A stretch of 64,000 bases of DNA, from contig JANNXQ010000235.1 of NCBI GenBank assembly GCA_031409655.1, positions 1-64,000 on the forward strand, read 5' to 3'. The translations under genes and the position numbers were made by a program. Numbering within the stretch: position 1 is the first letter of the stretch; each line of letters begins with the position of its first letter. Under the pieces are notes generated by a model that ran no database searches, was not told the DNA's origin, and saw only the letters and a program-made list of their open reading frames with translations. The DNA comes from Chthoniobacteraceae bacterium. Lineage in GTDB: Bacteria > Verrucomicrobiota > Verrucomicrobiia > Chthoniobacterales > Chthoniobacteraceae. Of this stretch, positions 40,785 through 50,571 are shown piece after piece.

Positions 40785-41864
40785 TCACAGGCCCAGCCGC
40801 ATCTGCGCCGTCTCCGGCGGCACCAGCGTCGAGGCGCCGATCCCGATCAGCCGCAGCGGGCTCTTCACCAACCGATCCCGCGCGAGGAGGTAACACGCGA
40901 CCCGGTAAATCTCCTTCGCGCTCGTGATCGGATCCTCCACGCGAAGCTGCCGGGTGAGCGTCGTAAAATCGCTGTAACGCACCTTCACCTGGATGGTCAG
41001 CGCACCCACCTCGTTCTTCATCAGCGTGTGCGCGACATCCTCGGCGAGATCCTTCAGCGCCGCCCGCAGCGTGGGCCGGTCGTCCGTATCCTCGGCAAAG
41101 GTATTCTCCGCGCTGATGCTCTTCCGTTCCTCGCTCAGATCCACCGGGCGCGGGTCGTTGCCGAAAGCCCGCTCGCGCAGACTCTCCGCAAAGGAACCGA
41201 CAACGCCGTGCAGATCGATCTTCGTATCCTGCAGATCACCGATCGTCGCGAGCCCCTTTTCCTCCAGCGCCGCTGCCGTCACCGGACCCACCCCGTGAAT
41301 CGAGTGGATCGAGAGCGGCCGGAGAAACTCCACCTTGTCCCGTTCGGCGATTAGCGTCAGGCCATCGGGCTTTTGAAAGTCACTGCCCAGCTTGGCTAGA
41401 AACTTATTCGCCCCGATGCCCACGCTTGCCGTGAGTTGTCGTTCGCTGGCGATTCGCCGCTTGATCTCCTCCGCCAGTGGCCGCGCGGCCAGCAACGCCT
41501 CGTCCGCTTCCGCCACATTTTCAAAGGAGGCGCTGAGATCCAGATAGGCCTCATCCACCGACACCTTCTCTACCGCCTCTGTGAAGGCGCGCAGGATCCC
41601 CATGATCTGCGCCGACTCCGCCCGATACACCTCCATCCGCGGACGCACAAAGATCCCGTGCGGACACAGCTTCCCCGCCGTGCGCGAAGGCATCGCCGAC
41701 CGGACCTTAAACTTCCGCGCCTCATAACTCGCCGCACACACCACCCCGCGCCGATCCGGTGGCGACCCCACGATCACGGGCTTACCCCGATACTCCGGAT
41801 GATCCCGCTGCTCGATGGAGGCAAAAAACGCATCCATATCGACGTGGAGAATGACGCGGGACAT
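40785..41864 (-). CDS. dinB: DNA polymerase IV
   Basis: HVDMDAFFASIEQ, SYEARKF, SVDEAYLD, NKFLAKLGSDFQKPDG. Confidence 0.96.
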   Translation of the reverse strand: MSRVILHVDMDAFFASIEQRDHPEYRGKPVIVGSPPDRRGVVCAASYEARKFKVRSAMPSRTAGKLCPHGIFVRPRMEVYRAESAQIMGILRAFTEAVEKVSVDEAYLDLSASFENVAEADEALLAARPLAEEIKRRIASERQLTASVGIGANKFLAKLGSDFQKPDGLTLIAERDKVEFLRPLSIHSIHGVGPVTAAALEEKGLATIGDLQDTKIDLHGVVGSFAESLRERAFGNDPRPVDLSEERKSISAENTFAEDTDDRPTLRAALKDLAEDVAHTLMKNEVGALTIQVKVRYSDFTTLTRQLRVEDPITSAKEIYRVACYLLARDRLVKSPLRLIGIGASTLVPPETAQMRLGL

Positions 41865-41927
41865 GCAGGGCAAAAGCGTCGCGCAATCTGCCCGCGAACT
41901 AAAGGCCGGAGACGAGGAAGATCGAGC

Positions 41928-42500
41928 TCAGACTCTCAACGAGCCACGGAACGCCCTCGCGCTGTAGTAAGACTGCGCCCCATTGTGATAGATAAAGACA
42001 TGACCGAAGCGCCGATCCCCAAAGAGCGCGCCACCGAGTTTGCGGATATCCGGCGGCGTCTTCACCCAACTCGACGTCTTCGTATCGAACTCTCCCAGCG
42101 TCTGCAGTTCGCGATATCCTTCTTCCGTTAAAAGCTCGATGCCCATGGCCGCGGCCATGTCCAATGCGCTATTGGCGGGCCGGTGTTCCTTCCTCGATTC
42201 CAACCCTTCCCGGTCGTAACAAACCGCGACCCGGCCTTTCGGACTTTCCGCGGAACAATCAAAGAAGACGAATTCGCCCGTCTTTCTATCCTGTCCGACC
42301 ACGTCCGGTGCCCCGCCCGTCCTTTCCATTTCATGGAGTGACCACAGCTTTCCGGCATTCGCTCCCAACCGGGCCTCGACCTTCGTCCATTCCAGACCCG
42401 TGTGGCGGTCCATATTCTTCTCAAACCGGGCATTCAACACTTTGAAGAGTTCTGCACATTGTACGGGTGACAACTCGGACTTTGTGGCGACGCCTTTCAT
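41928..42500 (-). CDS. DUF4256-like conserved protein
   Basis: RFEKNM.RH, EMERTGG.PD, DCSAESPKGR, FD.KTSSW, YHNGAQSYY.ARAFRG match my recollection of this family. Confidence 0.75.
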   Translation of the reverse strand: MKGVATKSELSPVQCAELFKVLNARFEKNMDRHTGLEWTKVEARLGANAGKLWSLHEMERTGGAPDVVGQDRKTGEFVFFDCSAESPKGRVAVCYDREGLESRKEHRPANSALDMAAAMGIELLTEEGYRELQTLGEFDTKTSSWVKTPPDIRKLGGALFGDRRFGHVFIYHNGAQSYYSARAFRGSLRV

Positions 42501-42625
42501 AATTTCAGTTTTAAGGCTGGGTCTCGTCCTTGGCCCAGCACTAAACGCAGTGGGGGGGGCGGTGCGGAGCGGGTCGGGCACTCTCGCCGCTGGCTCTGCG
42601 GGAGAATCTCCGGTAAAAAGCGGGG

Positions 42626-44056
42626 GTGAGCGCATTTCTCAAGACTCTGTTCGTCAATCCGCCTTCGTGGGAGGGCTTCGATGGGGGGGCGGGGTCGCGC
42701 TATCAGGCGAAGCGCGAGGTGCGGTCATTCTGGTATCCGACGTGGCTGGCGCAACCGGCGGCGCTGATCGAAGGCGCGCGGCTGGTGGATGCACCGGCGG
42801 ATGATCTCTCGCAGGAGGAGGTGCTGGGGATCGCGCGGGACTATGAGTTGGTGATCATCCACACGAGTGCGCCGACTTTGCGCGGCGACGCGCGGCTGGC
42901 GGAGGCGCTGAAGTCGCAGCAGCGCGATGTCAAAGTGGGGCTGGTGGGGGCGCATGCGGCGGTGCTCCCGGAGGAGACGCTCCGCGCGAGCGAGGCGATT
43001 GATTTTGTGGGGCGCAAGGAGTTTGACTTTACCTGTCAGGAGGTGGCGCTGGGTAAGTCGCTGGCGGAGGTCGATGGGCTGTCGTTTCGTCAGGTGGGAA
43101 AGGTGATCCACAATGCGGAGCGGGCGACGATCACGGACTTCGATGCGCTGCCGAGTGTGATGGATGTGTATGCGCGGGATCTGACGATCGAGAATTATGC
43201 GATTGGTTACCTGAAGCATCCGTATGTCTCGCACTACACGGGGCGGGGGTGTCCGGCGCAGTGTACCTTTTGCCTCTGGCCGCAGACGGTGGGCGGGCAT
43301 AAGTATCGGGCGAAATCGCCGGAAGGGGTGGCGCGCGAGATGACGCATGCGCAACGGCTTTTCCCGCAGGTGAAGGAGTTCTTTTTCGACGACGATACCT
43401 TCACGGCTTACCAACCGCGGGCCCGGGAGATTGCCAGGTTACTCGGCAAGCTCGGGATGACGTGGAGCTGCAATGCGCGCGCGAACGTGAATTACGACAC
43501 GCTGAAGACGATGCGCGACCATGGTCTGCGGCTCTTACTCGTGGGTTACGAAAGCGGGAATCAGCGGATCCTGGATAACATTAAGAAAGGCATCCGCCTG
43601 GAGGAGGCGCGCGAGTTCACCCGCAACTGCAAGAAGCTCGGCATCACGATCCACGGCACCTTCATCCTCGGCCTGCCGGGCGAAACGCGGGAGACGATTC
43701 GCGAGACGATTGAGTTTGCGAAGGAGGTGGATCCTTTCTCCATGCAGGTGAGCCTCGCGGCGCCGTATCCGGGCACGGAGCTGTATCGGCAGGCCAAGGA
43801 GAATGGCTGGTTCAGCAAAGCGCCCGAGCTCGTGGATGGCCACGGCCAGCAGACAGCGGCGCTGGAATACGACGGGCTTTCGCGGGACGAAATCTTCGCG
43901 GCGCTTGAGCGATTCTACCGCGCTTACTATTTCCGCCCGCGCCCGATCGTGCGGATGGTCGGCGAGATGCTTGTGGACTTCGGCGTGATGAAACGTCGGC
44001 TGCGCGAAGGCGCGGAGTTCTTCCGCTTTCTCCGGCTGCGCAGTGCGGGCGCGTAG
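42626..44056 (+). CDS. hpnJ: Hopanoid-associated B12-binding radical SAM protein HpnJ
   Basis: NPPSWEGFDGGAGSRYQAKREVRSFWYPTWLA; GRGCPAQCTFCLWPQT. Confidence 0.92.
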   Translation: MSAFLKTLFVNPPSWEGFDGGAGSRYQAKREVRSFWYPTWLAQPAALIEGARLVDAPADDLSQEEVLGIARDYELVIIHTSAPTLRGDARLAEALKSQQRDVKVGLVGAHAAVLPEETLRASEAIDFVGRKEFDFTCQEVALGKSLAEVDGLSFRQVGKVIHNAERATITDFDALPSVMDVYARDLTIENYAIGYLKHPYVSHYTGRGCPAQCTFCLWPQTVGGHKYRAKSPEGVAREMTHAQRLFPQVKEFFFDDDTFTAYQPRAREIARLLGKLGMTWSCNARANVNYDTLKTMRDHGLRLLLVGYESGNQRILDNIKKGIRLEEAREFTRNCKKLGITIHGTFILGLPGETRETIRETIEFAKEVDPFSMQVSLAAPYPGTELYRQAKENGWFSKAPELVDGHGQQTAALEYDGLSRDEIFAALERFYRAYYFRPRPIVRMVGEMLVDFGVMKRRLREGAEFFRFLRLRSAGA

Positions 44057-44107
44057 TCGCTCGAAAGGGCTCTTGCCACAACGGGCGCGGTTGCGGAGAA
44101 AGGAGGA

Positions 44108-44992
44108 ATGATGCGTTCCCCTCGTCTCCTTTGCACGGCTGCCGTTGCCGCTTTCACTGTGGCCTTCAACTTCTCCTCGTCTGCGGAGATCGCGGTGAAG
44201 AGCGGCAATAAGTTTGCTTTTCTCGGGGACTCGATCACCGCGGGTGGGTGGAATAATCCGGCGGGCTACGTGCAACTGGTGCTTGCCGGGCTCGCGGCGA
44301 ATGGGGTGCAGGTCACGCCGATCCCGGCGGGAATCAGCGGGCACAAATCAAATCAAATGCTTGATCGGCTCGAGAAGGACGTGCTGAGCAAAAAGCCGAA
44401 CTGGATGGTGCTGAGTTGTGGCGTGAATGACGTGTGGCACGGCAAGATGGGCGTGCCGCTCGATGATGCGCAGGCGGCGAAACAGACTTACGAAAGCCGC
44501 ACGACGACCGAGCCGGAAAAGGGCACCTACCAGAAGAACATCACGGCCATCGTCGAGCGGGCGCAGGCCGCCGGCGCGCAGCCCGTGATTCTCACGGCGA
44601 CGGTGATCAGGGAGGAATTGGGCAATGCAGAGAACGCGAGCCTTGCGCCTTACAACGATTTCCTCCGTCAGCTCGCGAAGGAGAAGAAGCTGCGCATCGC
44701 CGACCTGAATGCTTCTTTCCAGGAACAGATCAAGAAGGCGAATTCGCCGGGCAAGAATGTCTTCACCGTTGATGGCGTACATATGAACACCGAGGGCAAT
44801 AAGTTGATGGCCCTCGGGATCCTCAAGGCGATCGGCTGCGATGCCGCGCAGCTCAGGAAGGCGCAGGCCGCGTGGCCACCACTCGAGGCGAAAGCCGTCG
44901 AAGCCGCCAAAGCCGCGGCCGCGAAGAGGGCCGCTGACGCGGCGGCGAAAAAGGCGAAGGAAGCCGCGAAGCCTGAGCCAGCGGTGAAGTAG
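44108..44992 (+). CDS. Secreted SGNH/GDSL hydrolase
   Basis: FLGDSIT, GISG, GVNDV, DGVH blocks; signal peptide. Confidence 0.9.
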   Translation: MMRSPRLLCTAAVAAFTVAFNFSSSAEIAVKSGNKFAFLGDSITAGGWNNPAGYVQLVLAGLAANGVQVTPIPAGISGHKSNQMLDRLEKDVLSKKPNWMVLSCGVNDVWHGKMGVPLDDAQAAKQTYESRTTTEPEKGTYQKNITAIVERAQAAGAQPVILTATVIREELGNAENASLAPYNDFLRQLAKEKKLRIADLNASFQEQIKKANSPGKNVFTVDGVHMNTEGNKLMALGILKAIGCDAAQLRKAQAAWPPLEAKAVEAAKAAAAKRAADAAAKKAKEAAKPEPAVK

Positions 44993-45047
44993 CCGCCCCG
45001 CGAGAAAAGCTCGCGGACTGCGGCGGAGCGCTGGCTGGGATCGCTCG

Positions 45048-48000
45048 CTAGGACTTCTTCAGCGACGCGAGGTAGGCGACGAGATCCACGAGGTCGTCTT
45101 TGCTCAGGGCTTGGTTGAGGCCGCTGGGCATCATCGAGGTCGGGAGTTTGTCCCGTTTGGCGATGCTGTTTTTCGCGACCTTGGTCGTGGCGCCGCCGGG
45201 AAGGGCGACGATCACTTCGTCCGCGGTCTCGCTGCGGATGATGCCGAGCGCGGCGCTGCCGTCTTTCAAAGTGAGCTGCCACGTTTCAAAGCCCATGCTC
45301 ACGCCCGCGTTCGGACTGATGATGGATTCGTAGAGCGCTTCCTTCGGCAGCTTGCTGCCGATTTCGGCGAGGCCGGGGCCGAAGTCCGCGCCCTTGTCGC
45401 CGACGCGGTGGCAGAGCACGCAGCTCGACTCCGCGCGTTCGAAGATCGCCCGGCCTTTACTGACGTCGCCGGGCAGTTTTACGAGGTCGCCGATCAGCGG
45501 GAGCGGCTGACCGCCGAGGGCGTTCGGTGCGGGAAAGTGCTGGGCGATGGCGTCCTTGAGGTTGGCGTATTGCACGAGGGCCAGCGCGTTCGCGGCGGTG
45601 GCTTTCAGGTCCTCGGGGAACTTCCCTTCCTTCGCCAGATTCAGGAGCGCCGTGGCGCCGGCCTGGGTGCGGGCAAGCGCCCGGACGGCACCGCCGCGCA
45701 GCCCGGCCTGGTGGCCGGACTTCGTGAGAATGGCGGAGAGCCGCGCGAGGCCGCGATTGCCGCCGGCCACGCCGAGCAGGTCGAGCACGGCCGCGGCGTT
45801 CGGTCCCTTCAATTCTTCATTGAGCAAAGTCCCCCAATTTCCGTCGCTGTAGAAAAGTTTCAGGGCGTCGCTCGCGACGGGATCATTGGGCTTTTTGAGC
45901 GCCGTCTCGAGGAGCGCGGCACCCTGGCCTTTCGCGCCGAAATCGCGCACGAGTTCGATGAACTGCGGCGTGCCGCGGGCCTTGTCGAGTGCGCCCTGGA
46001 GCGCGGCGGCGACGGCGGGATTGGCATTGAGATCCGTGCCTTTGAGGCGCAGCAGGGCTTCGCGGGCGATGTCGTCGGCGGCCTGGCCGGCGGTGGCGAG
46101 AGCCACGAGGGCCTGGGTGCGTTCGGGAGACGCGGGGAGAAAGTCGAAGGAGCGGACGTAGCGGGGCTTCCCGGTGGTGTTCTTGTCGCTGAGCAATTGC
46201 GCGAGGTAGGGCGCGGCCTTCGGGGTGCGCAGGCGCCAGAGGATGTCGCGACCGGCGGGCGTATTCCACTGGCCGGCGGTGGTGGTGAGGAAAGCGTCGA
46301 GACAGGCCTCTTCATTCCCCGTGGCTCCGATGCCGAGCGCCTCGAGATACCAGCGATCCTGGCCATCGTGCTGCGCGGCGAGTGCGGCCCAGATCTTGGC
46401 GATGTCCTTGGCGCCATTCAGCGCGACGGCGATCTCGCGGCGGACCTGCGGGCTCGGATCGCGCAGCAGTTTGCCCATGAGCGCGCGATCTTCCTCCAGC
46501 GCGCCGGTGTCGAGATCGGCCGTCTTTGCGAGGGTGGCGCAAAGGCGGACGCCGGTGATGCGCACGTCGCTCTGGGCGTCGCCGAGTGCTTCCTTCAGAT
46601 ACGCGATTTCCCGACCGGGCAGGCGGGTGAGCAGCCCCAGAGCGCGGGCGCGGATGCGGGGATTTTGGTGTTCCTTCCAGAGCTTCGCGAGCGCGGGTTC
46701 GGCCTGCGCGCCCATCTTGGAGAGACGTTGCCAGGCGACGTACATTGTCGCACGGTTCGGCGATTGCAGCGCGGCCACGCAGCCTGCGGCGGTGCTGAAA
46801 TCGGGCGTCGGTGCGGAAAGTTTCCCGCCTGTCGGAGCCACACGGTAGAGCCGTCCGCGGATCTCCCCCTTCTCGTGGTCGGCCATATTATGCCCGCCGA
46901 CGCCGGCATCGTACCAATCCGCGACGACCAGCGAGCCATCGGGCGCGATGGCCACGTCGGACGGGCGATACCACGGGTCCTCCGAAGTCAGGATATCGAC
47001 CATCGTCGCCTGGTAGCCCGCGCCATCGGCGGTCACGGGATAAGCGCGCACCGTGCGCGGACCGGCGTCGCAGTGGATGAGTTGATTTTCAAACTGCGGC
47101 CCGAGCGCGCTGCCCTCATTGACGAGAATGCCCGTCGGCGAACCGGCGCCGGTCTGGAGCAGATTCGGCACGACTCCGGGGTCATTGAGATGCCAGTGCC
47201 GCTGCGGGATTTCCGTTTCGAGATTCGTCCGCTCGACTCTCCAACCCCCGCCCGTGATCTCGTCGGTGTAACCGTAGTTGCCGTATGGCATCACGTAGTT
47301 GATGCGCACGCCCTTGTTACCGTCGTCGTCATTGTCGCTCTGCCACATCGTGCCAAAGGAATCGACGGCCACCTCGTAGTTATTGCGAAAGTTCCAGCCC
47401 AGCGTCTCGATGTTCGTCGGCTTTCCATTCACGAGGTCGCAGCGAAAGACCATCCCTTGGCGGTAAGGCTTGCCATCTCCCGCCGTGCGCCGGCCACTCA
47501 CGTCGATGAAGAAATTCCCGTTTGCGTCGAGTAAGTCCCGGCTCTCATTGCCGCAGTTAAAGTAGAACTTTCCATCCGCGCCGAAGACGAAGGCGTGGAC
47601 TTGGTGATCGTGATCAAAGTTCCCTTTGACCTGAAAGATCACCTCCGCCTTCTCTGCCTTGTCGTCGCCATCCGCGTCTGTCAGGAGCCAGACCTTCGGC
47701 GCAGCGCTGACGATGACCTGAGTTCCCTTTCCTTGCGGGAGCACGAGGATGCCGAGCGGGTTGGTGAGATCCTTACTTTGGTAAAATGTCGTCTCTTGGT
47801 CGGCCTCCCCATTGCCGTCGGTGTCCGCGAGGATCACGACGCGGTCGCCCGCTTCGCGCAGCGTGCCCCACGATTTGAAACTCGAACGGTAGTTCACCGC
47901 CTCGACCGCCCAGATGCGGCCGCGCGGATCGATATCGATGTTCGTGGGATTTTGGATCATCGGCTCCGCGGCGACGAGCGAGGCCCCGAGCCCACTGGCG

Positions 48001-49499
48001 GCCTTGAAGCGGCTCATGTTTTCCTTTGCCGCGGCCCAGCCAAGCGGCACGCCGGGGCCCTTGCCGGCTTTCTCGACCGAGGCTTGCAGCACGGCTGCGC
48101 CAGGCTTCGTGGTGAAGACTTGGAAGATGACGCTCGAGCCCAGGTTCTGGTTGAACCCGCCGTCGTCGATCGCGCCCTGCGCTTCAAAGCCGACCACACC
48201 TTCCGGCAGATTATACGAGATCAGCGATGGCGCGTGCGTGCCGATGCCGTCGCTGAAGCGCTCGTCGTTCACCTTCAGCGCGCCCTTGTCGCAATTGCGC
48301 CCATTGATCGTCGCCCCATGGCCTTGCGTCGTCGCCTTCCAGTTCAGTGAGCCGAGCGGGATGCGGCTGCCGTCCGCCTTGATGAGGACGGGGTTCAGCC
48401 AGTTTGCCCAATCCGCCCGGATGCCGTCGCCGGCGTCGTTGACGACGAGGTGCAGTTGCTTCGCGCCTTTCAAGTCGGCTTTGATCGGGACCGAGCCCCG
48501 GTTCACTTTCGCCGTCGTGGCAATGGGCGTGGCGTGCGGGTCGCCATCCGCTGCGGGCGCCGCCGCCGCCGCGGCTGGCTTCGGCTCGCGCGGTTGCTTG
48601 GGATCGAGGTTCGCCTTGAGATCGTCCTCCGTGACTTTCGATTCCACGCCATTGGCCGGCACTTCGGCTTTCGCCGTCCAGAGGATCGCATTGAGCACGA
48701 GCCGGCGCTGATCTTCCTGCGCCCAGCCCGCGTGAAAGTGTCCTCCCGTGAAGCCAAACCCGCGTCCGCCATCCGGCCGCTCAAAGGCCCACGCCGTGGT
48801 CTGCGGCTTCTTCGCCGCCACCTCCGCGCGCACCGCTGGATTCCCCGAGTGATGCCCATCCGGCCGGCTCATCGTGCTGTCCGGCGCGATCGCCGAGAGG
48901 ATGTGCGTCAGCTTGCCCTTCCCGTCTCCACGGAAGCGCATGTGGAAGTACCACTCGTCCGTCGTCGCGAACGGCTTCACGCCATTGCTGATCGGATGCT
49001 TCGGAAACGCCGTGTACTCCGCGAGCCAGTGCGGATTCACCGACCAATTCGCCTCGAAGAAACCGCCCATCCAATCCAGTGCCTCCGGCCCGCCCGTGCC
49101 CTTCTCCGCGAGAAATTCCACCCCGTAGTGCAGCGCCACAAAACCCACGCCGCGCTGCATCACCTTGGTGAACTCATCGAGGTGCCCATCTTTCACCAGG
49201 AAATGTCCCGCCCCGCCGTCGCAGTAAAAGACCACGGTATCGGCCTGCGCGAGTTCCTCCGGGCTGGGCCACGCGGCGCTGAGGAAAAATTTCGTGGCCA
49301 CGCCCGGCGCTCCTTGCGCGAGACATTTGGCGAGGAGTTGCACGCCGGCATTGTGCTCATGCTCGCCAGGGCCGTGGGAAGGTCGGCCCGCGAGCAGCAG
49401 CACGAGCGGTTTTCCGTCCGGGGTTTTTGCAGTGAGATCGGCGGTGCAGCCGAGCGCAGTGAAGGCGGCGAGGAGCAGACGGGTGGGGGATGACTTCAT
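45048..49499 (-). CDS. PVC-type membrane-bound dehydrogenase/haem-binding protein with ThuA-like and NPCBM domains
   Basis: ThuA-like N-terminus (HGPGEHEH), NPCBM (GIGTHAPS), beta-propeller (AAEPMIQNP, FRNNYE, SDNDDDG), HEAT repeats, CVLCH...GPGL cytochrome c. Confidence 0.88.
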   Translation of the reverse strand: MKSSPTRLLLAAFTALGCTADLTAKTPDGKPLVLLLAGRPSHGPGEHEHNAGVQLLAKCLAQGAPGVATKFFLSAAWPSPEELAQADTVVFYCDGGAGHFLVKDGHLDEFTKVMQRGVGFVALHYGVEFLAEKGTGGPEALDWMGGFFEANWSVNPHWLAEYTAFPKHPISNGVKPFATTDEWYFHMRFRGDGKGKLTHILSAIAPDSTMSRPDGHHSGNPAVRAEVAAKKPQTTAWAFERPDGGRGFGFTGGHFHAGWAQEDQRRLVLNAILWTAKAEVPANGVESKVTEDDLKANLDPKQPREPKPAAAAAAPAADGDPHATPIATTAKVNRGSVPIKADLKGAKQLHLVVNDAGDGIRADWANWLNPVLIKADGSRIPLGSLNWKATTQGHGATINGRNCDKGALKVNDERFSDGIGTHAPSLISYNLPEGVVGFEAQGAIDDGGFNQNLGSSVIFQVFTTKPGAAVLQASVEKAGKGPGVPLGWAAAKENMSRFKAASGLGASLVAAEPMIQNPTNIDIDPRGRIWAVEAVNYRSSFKSWGTLREAGDRVVILADTDGNGEADQETTFYQSKDLTNPLGILVLPQGKGTQVIVSAAPKVWLLTDADGDDKAEKAEVIFQVKGNFDHDHQVHAFVFGADGKFYFNCGNESRDLLDANGNFFIDVSGRRTAGDGKPYRQGMVFRCDLVNGKPTNIETLGWNFRNNYEVAVDSFGTMWQSDNDDDGNKGVRINYVMPYGNYGYTDEITGGGWRVERTNLETEIPQRHWHLNDPGVVPNLLQTGAGSPTGILVNEGSALGPQFENQLIHCDAGPRTVRAYPVTADGAGYQATMVDILTSEDPWYRPSDVAIAPDGSLVVADWYDAGVGGHNMADHEKGEIRGRLYRVAPTGGKLSAPTPDFSTAAGCVAALQSPNRATMYVAWQRLSKMGAQAEPALAKLWKEHQNPRIRARALGLLTRLPGREIAYLKEALGDAQSDVRITGVRLCATLAKTADLDTGALEEDRALMGKLLRDPSPQVRREIAVALNGAKDIAKIWAALAAQHDGQDRWYLEALGIGATGNEEACLDAFLTTTAGQWNTPAGRDILWRLRTPKAAPYLAQLLSDKNTTGKPRYVRSFDFLPASPERTQALVALATAGQAADDIAREALLRLKGTDLNANPAVAAALQGALDKARGTPQFIELVRDFGAKGQGAALLETALKKPNDPVASDALKLFYSDGNWGTLLNEELKGPNAAAVLDLLGVAGGNRGLARLSAILTKSGHQAGLRGGAVRALARTQAGATALLNLAKEGKFPEDLKATAANALALVQYANLKDAIAQHFPAPNALGGQPLPLIGDLVKLPGDVSKGRAIFERAESSCVLCHRVGDKGADFGPGLAEIGSKLPKEALYESIISPNAGVSMGFETWQLTLKDGSAALGIIRSETADEVIVALPGGATTKVAKNSIAKRDKLPTSMMPSGLNQALSKDDLVDLVAYLASLKKS

Positions 49500-49779
49500 G
49501 GTAGGAGTGGTGAAAGAGGAACGACGCTCCAAGCGACGTGGCGAGTCAAGGCCCGGACGCCGGATTTCTTAGCGGTGACGCGGGGGAGGAACGCCTGGGG
49601 AATTTCGCCCGTGACCGCAAGCGCCAAAGGACGCGGCTCCATTTCACAAAGCTTGATGCACGGCAGGATGAATCGTGCCGCCAGGCTGAGGGGCGCATCG
49701 AATTTGAGGATCGACCCAGCCCTCGGCCTTCCACACGTTCTTGCCGCACTGCGACTCCTCGAGCGCTCCCACTCTTTTT

Positions 49780-50523
49780 ATGAAATCCACGCACCGTCTT
49801 TCTCTCATCATCGCGGCCCTCGTTTTCGCTGGGAGTCCCGCCCGCGCCGCGCTGCTCACCGACACGGCGAATTATGCACCGAACCTTGTGATCCCTGACG
49901 GCAGCAGCGTGGGCGTGGCGGATACGCGCGTTTTCACTTCGCAGATCACGTCCATCTCCGAGATCCGCATCTCTCTGGAGATTTCCAGCGACGTCTCAAA
50001 CTTCGCCCCGGCCCCGGTGAATAGCGATACCTTCAACGGAGACTACTACGCCTATCTCAGCCACGCTTCCGGCTTCGCGGTGCTGCTGAACCGGGCGGGG
50101 CGCACGGCCAGCAATCCGCTGGGCTATGCCGATACGGGGTTCAATGTCACCTTCGACGATTCGCCCGCCGGAATCGACATTCACAAATACCAGCTCGTCA
50201 CGAACCCAGCCGGTGGACTACTGACCGGCACCTGGGGAACGGACGGGCGCAATGTGGACCCCACTACGGTGCTGGATACCTCCCTGCGGACGACGTCGCT
50301 CGCCTCCTTCAATGGCCTGGACCCCAACGGCGCCTGGACGCTCTTCGTTGCCGATCTTTCGCTGGTCGGCACTGGGCAGATCATCAGTTGGGGCCTGGAG
50401 GTCACCGGTACCGCTCCGGCGATTGTCTCCGCGGTGCCGGAGCCCGGCACGGCGCTGGCCGGGGCCTTGTGCATCGGCCTGCTTGCTGCCCGCCGGCCGC
50501 GCGCGCGAGCGGTCGAGGCTTGA
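49780..50523 (+). CDS. PEP-CTERM protein with a proprotein-convertase-P-like domain
   Basis: Signal peptide; IPDG, NGDYYAYLSH, NGAWTLFVAD, SWGLEV; C-terminal VPEPG-TM-RR. Confidence 0.85.
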   Translation: MKSTHRLSLIIAALVFAGSPARAALLTDTANYAPNLVIPDGSSVGVADTRVFTSQITSISEIRISLEISSDVSNFAPAPVNSDTFNGDYYAYLSHASGFAVLLNRAGRTASNPLGYADTGFNVTFDDSPAGIDIHKYQLVTNPAGGLLTGTWGTDGRNVDPTTVLDTSLRTTSLASFNGLDPNGAWTLFVADLSLVGTGQIISWGLEVTGTAPAIVSAVPEPGTALAGALCIGLLAARRPRARAVEA

Positions 50524-50571
50524 AAAATCACCTGTAACCGCCGGGTGCTCTGGCGCAACGTCTCGAACGGT

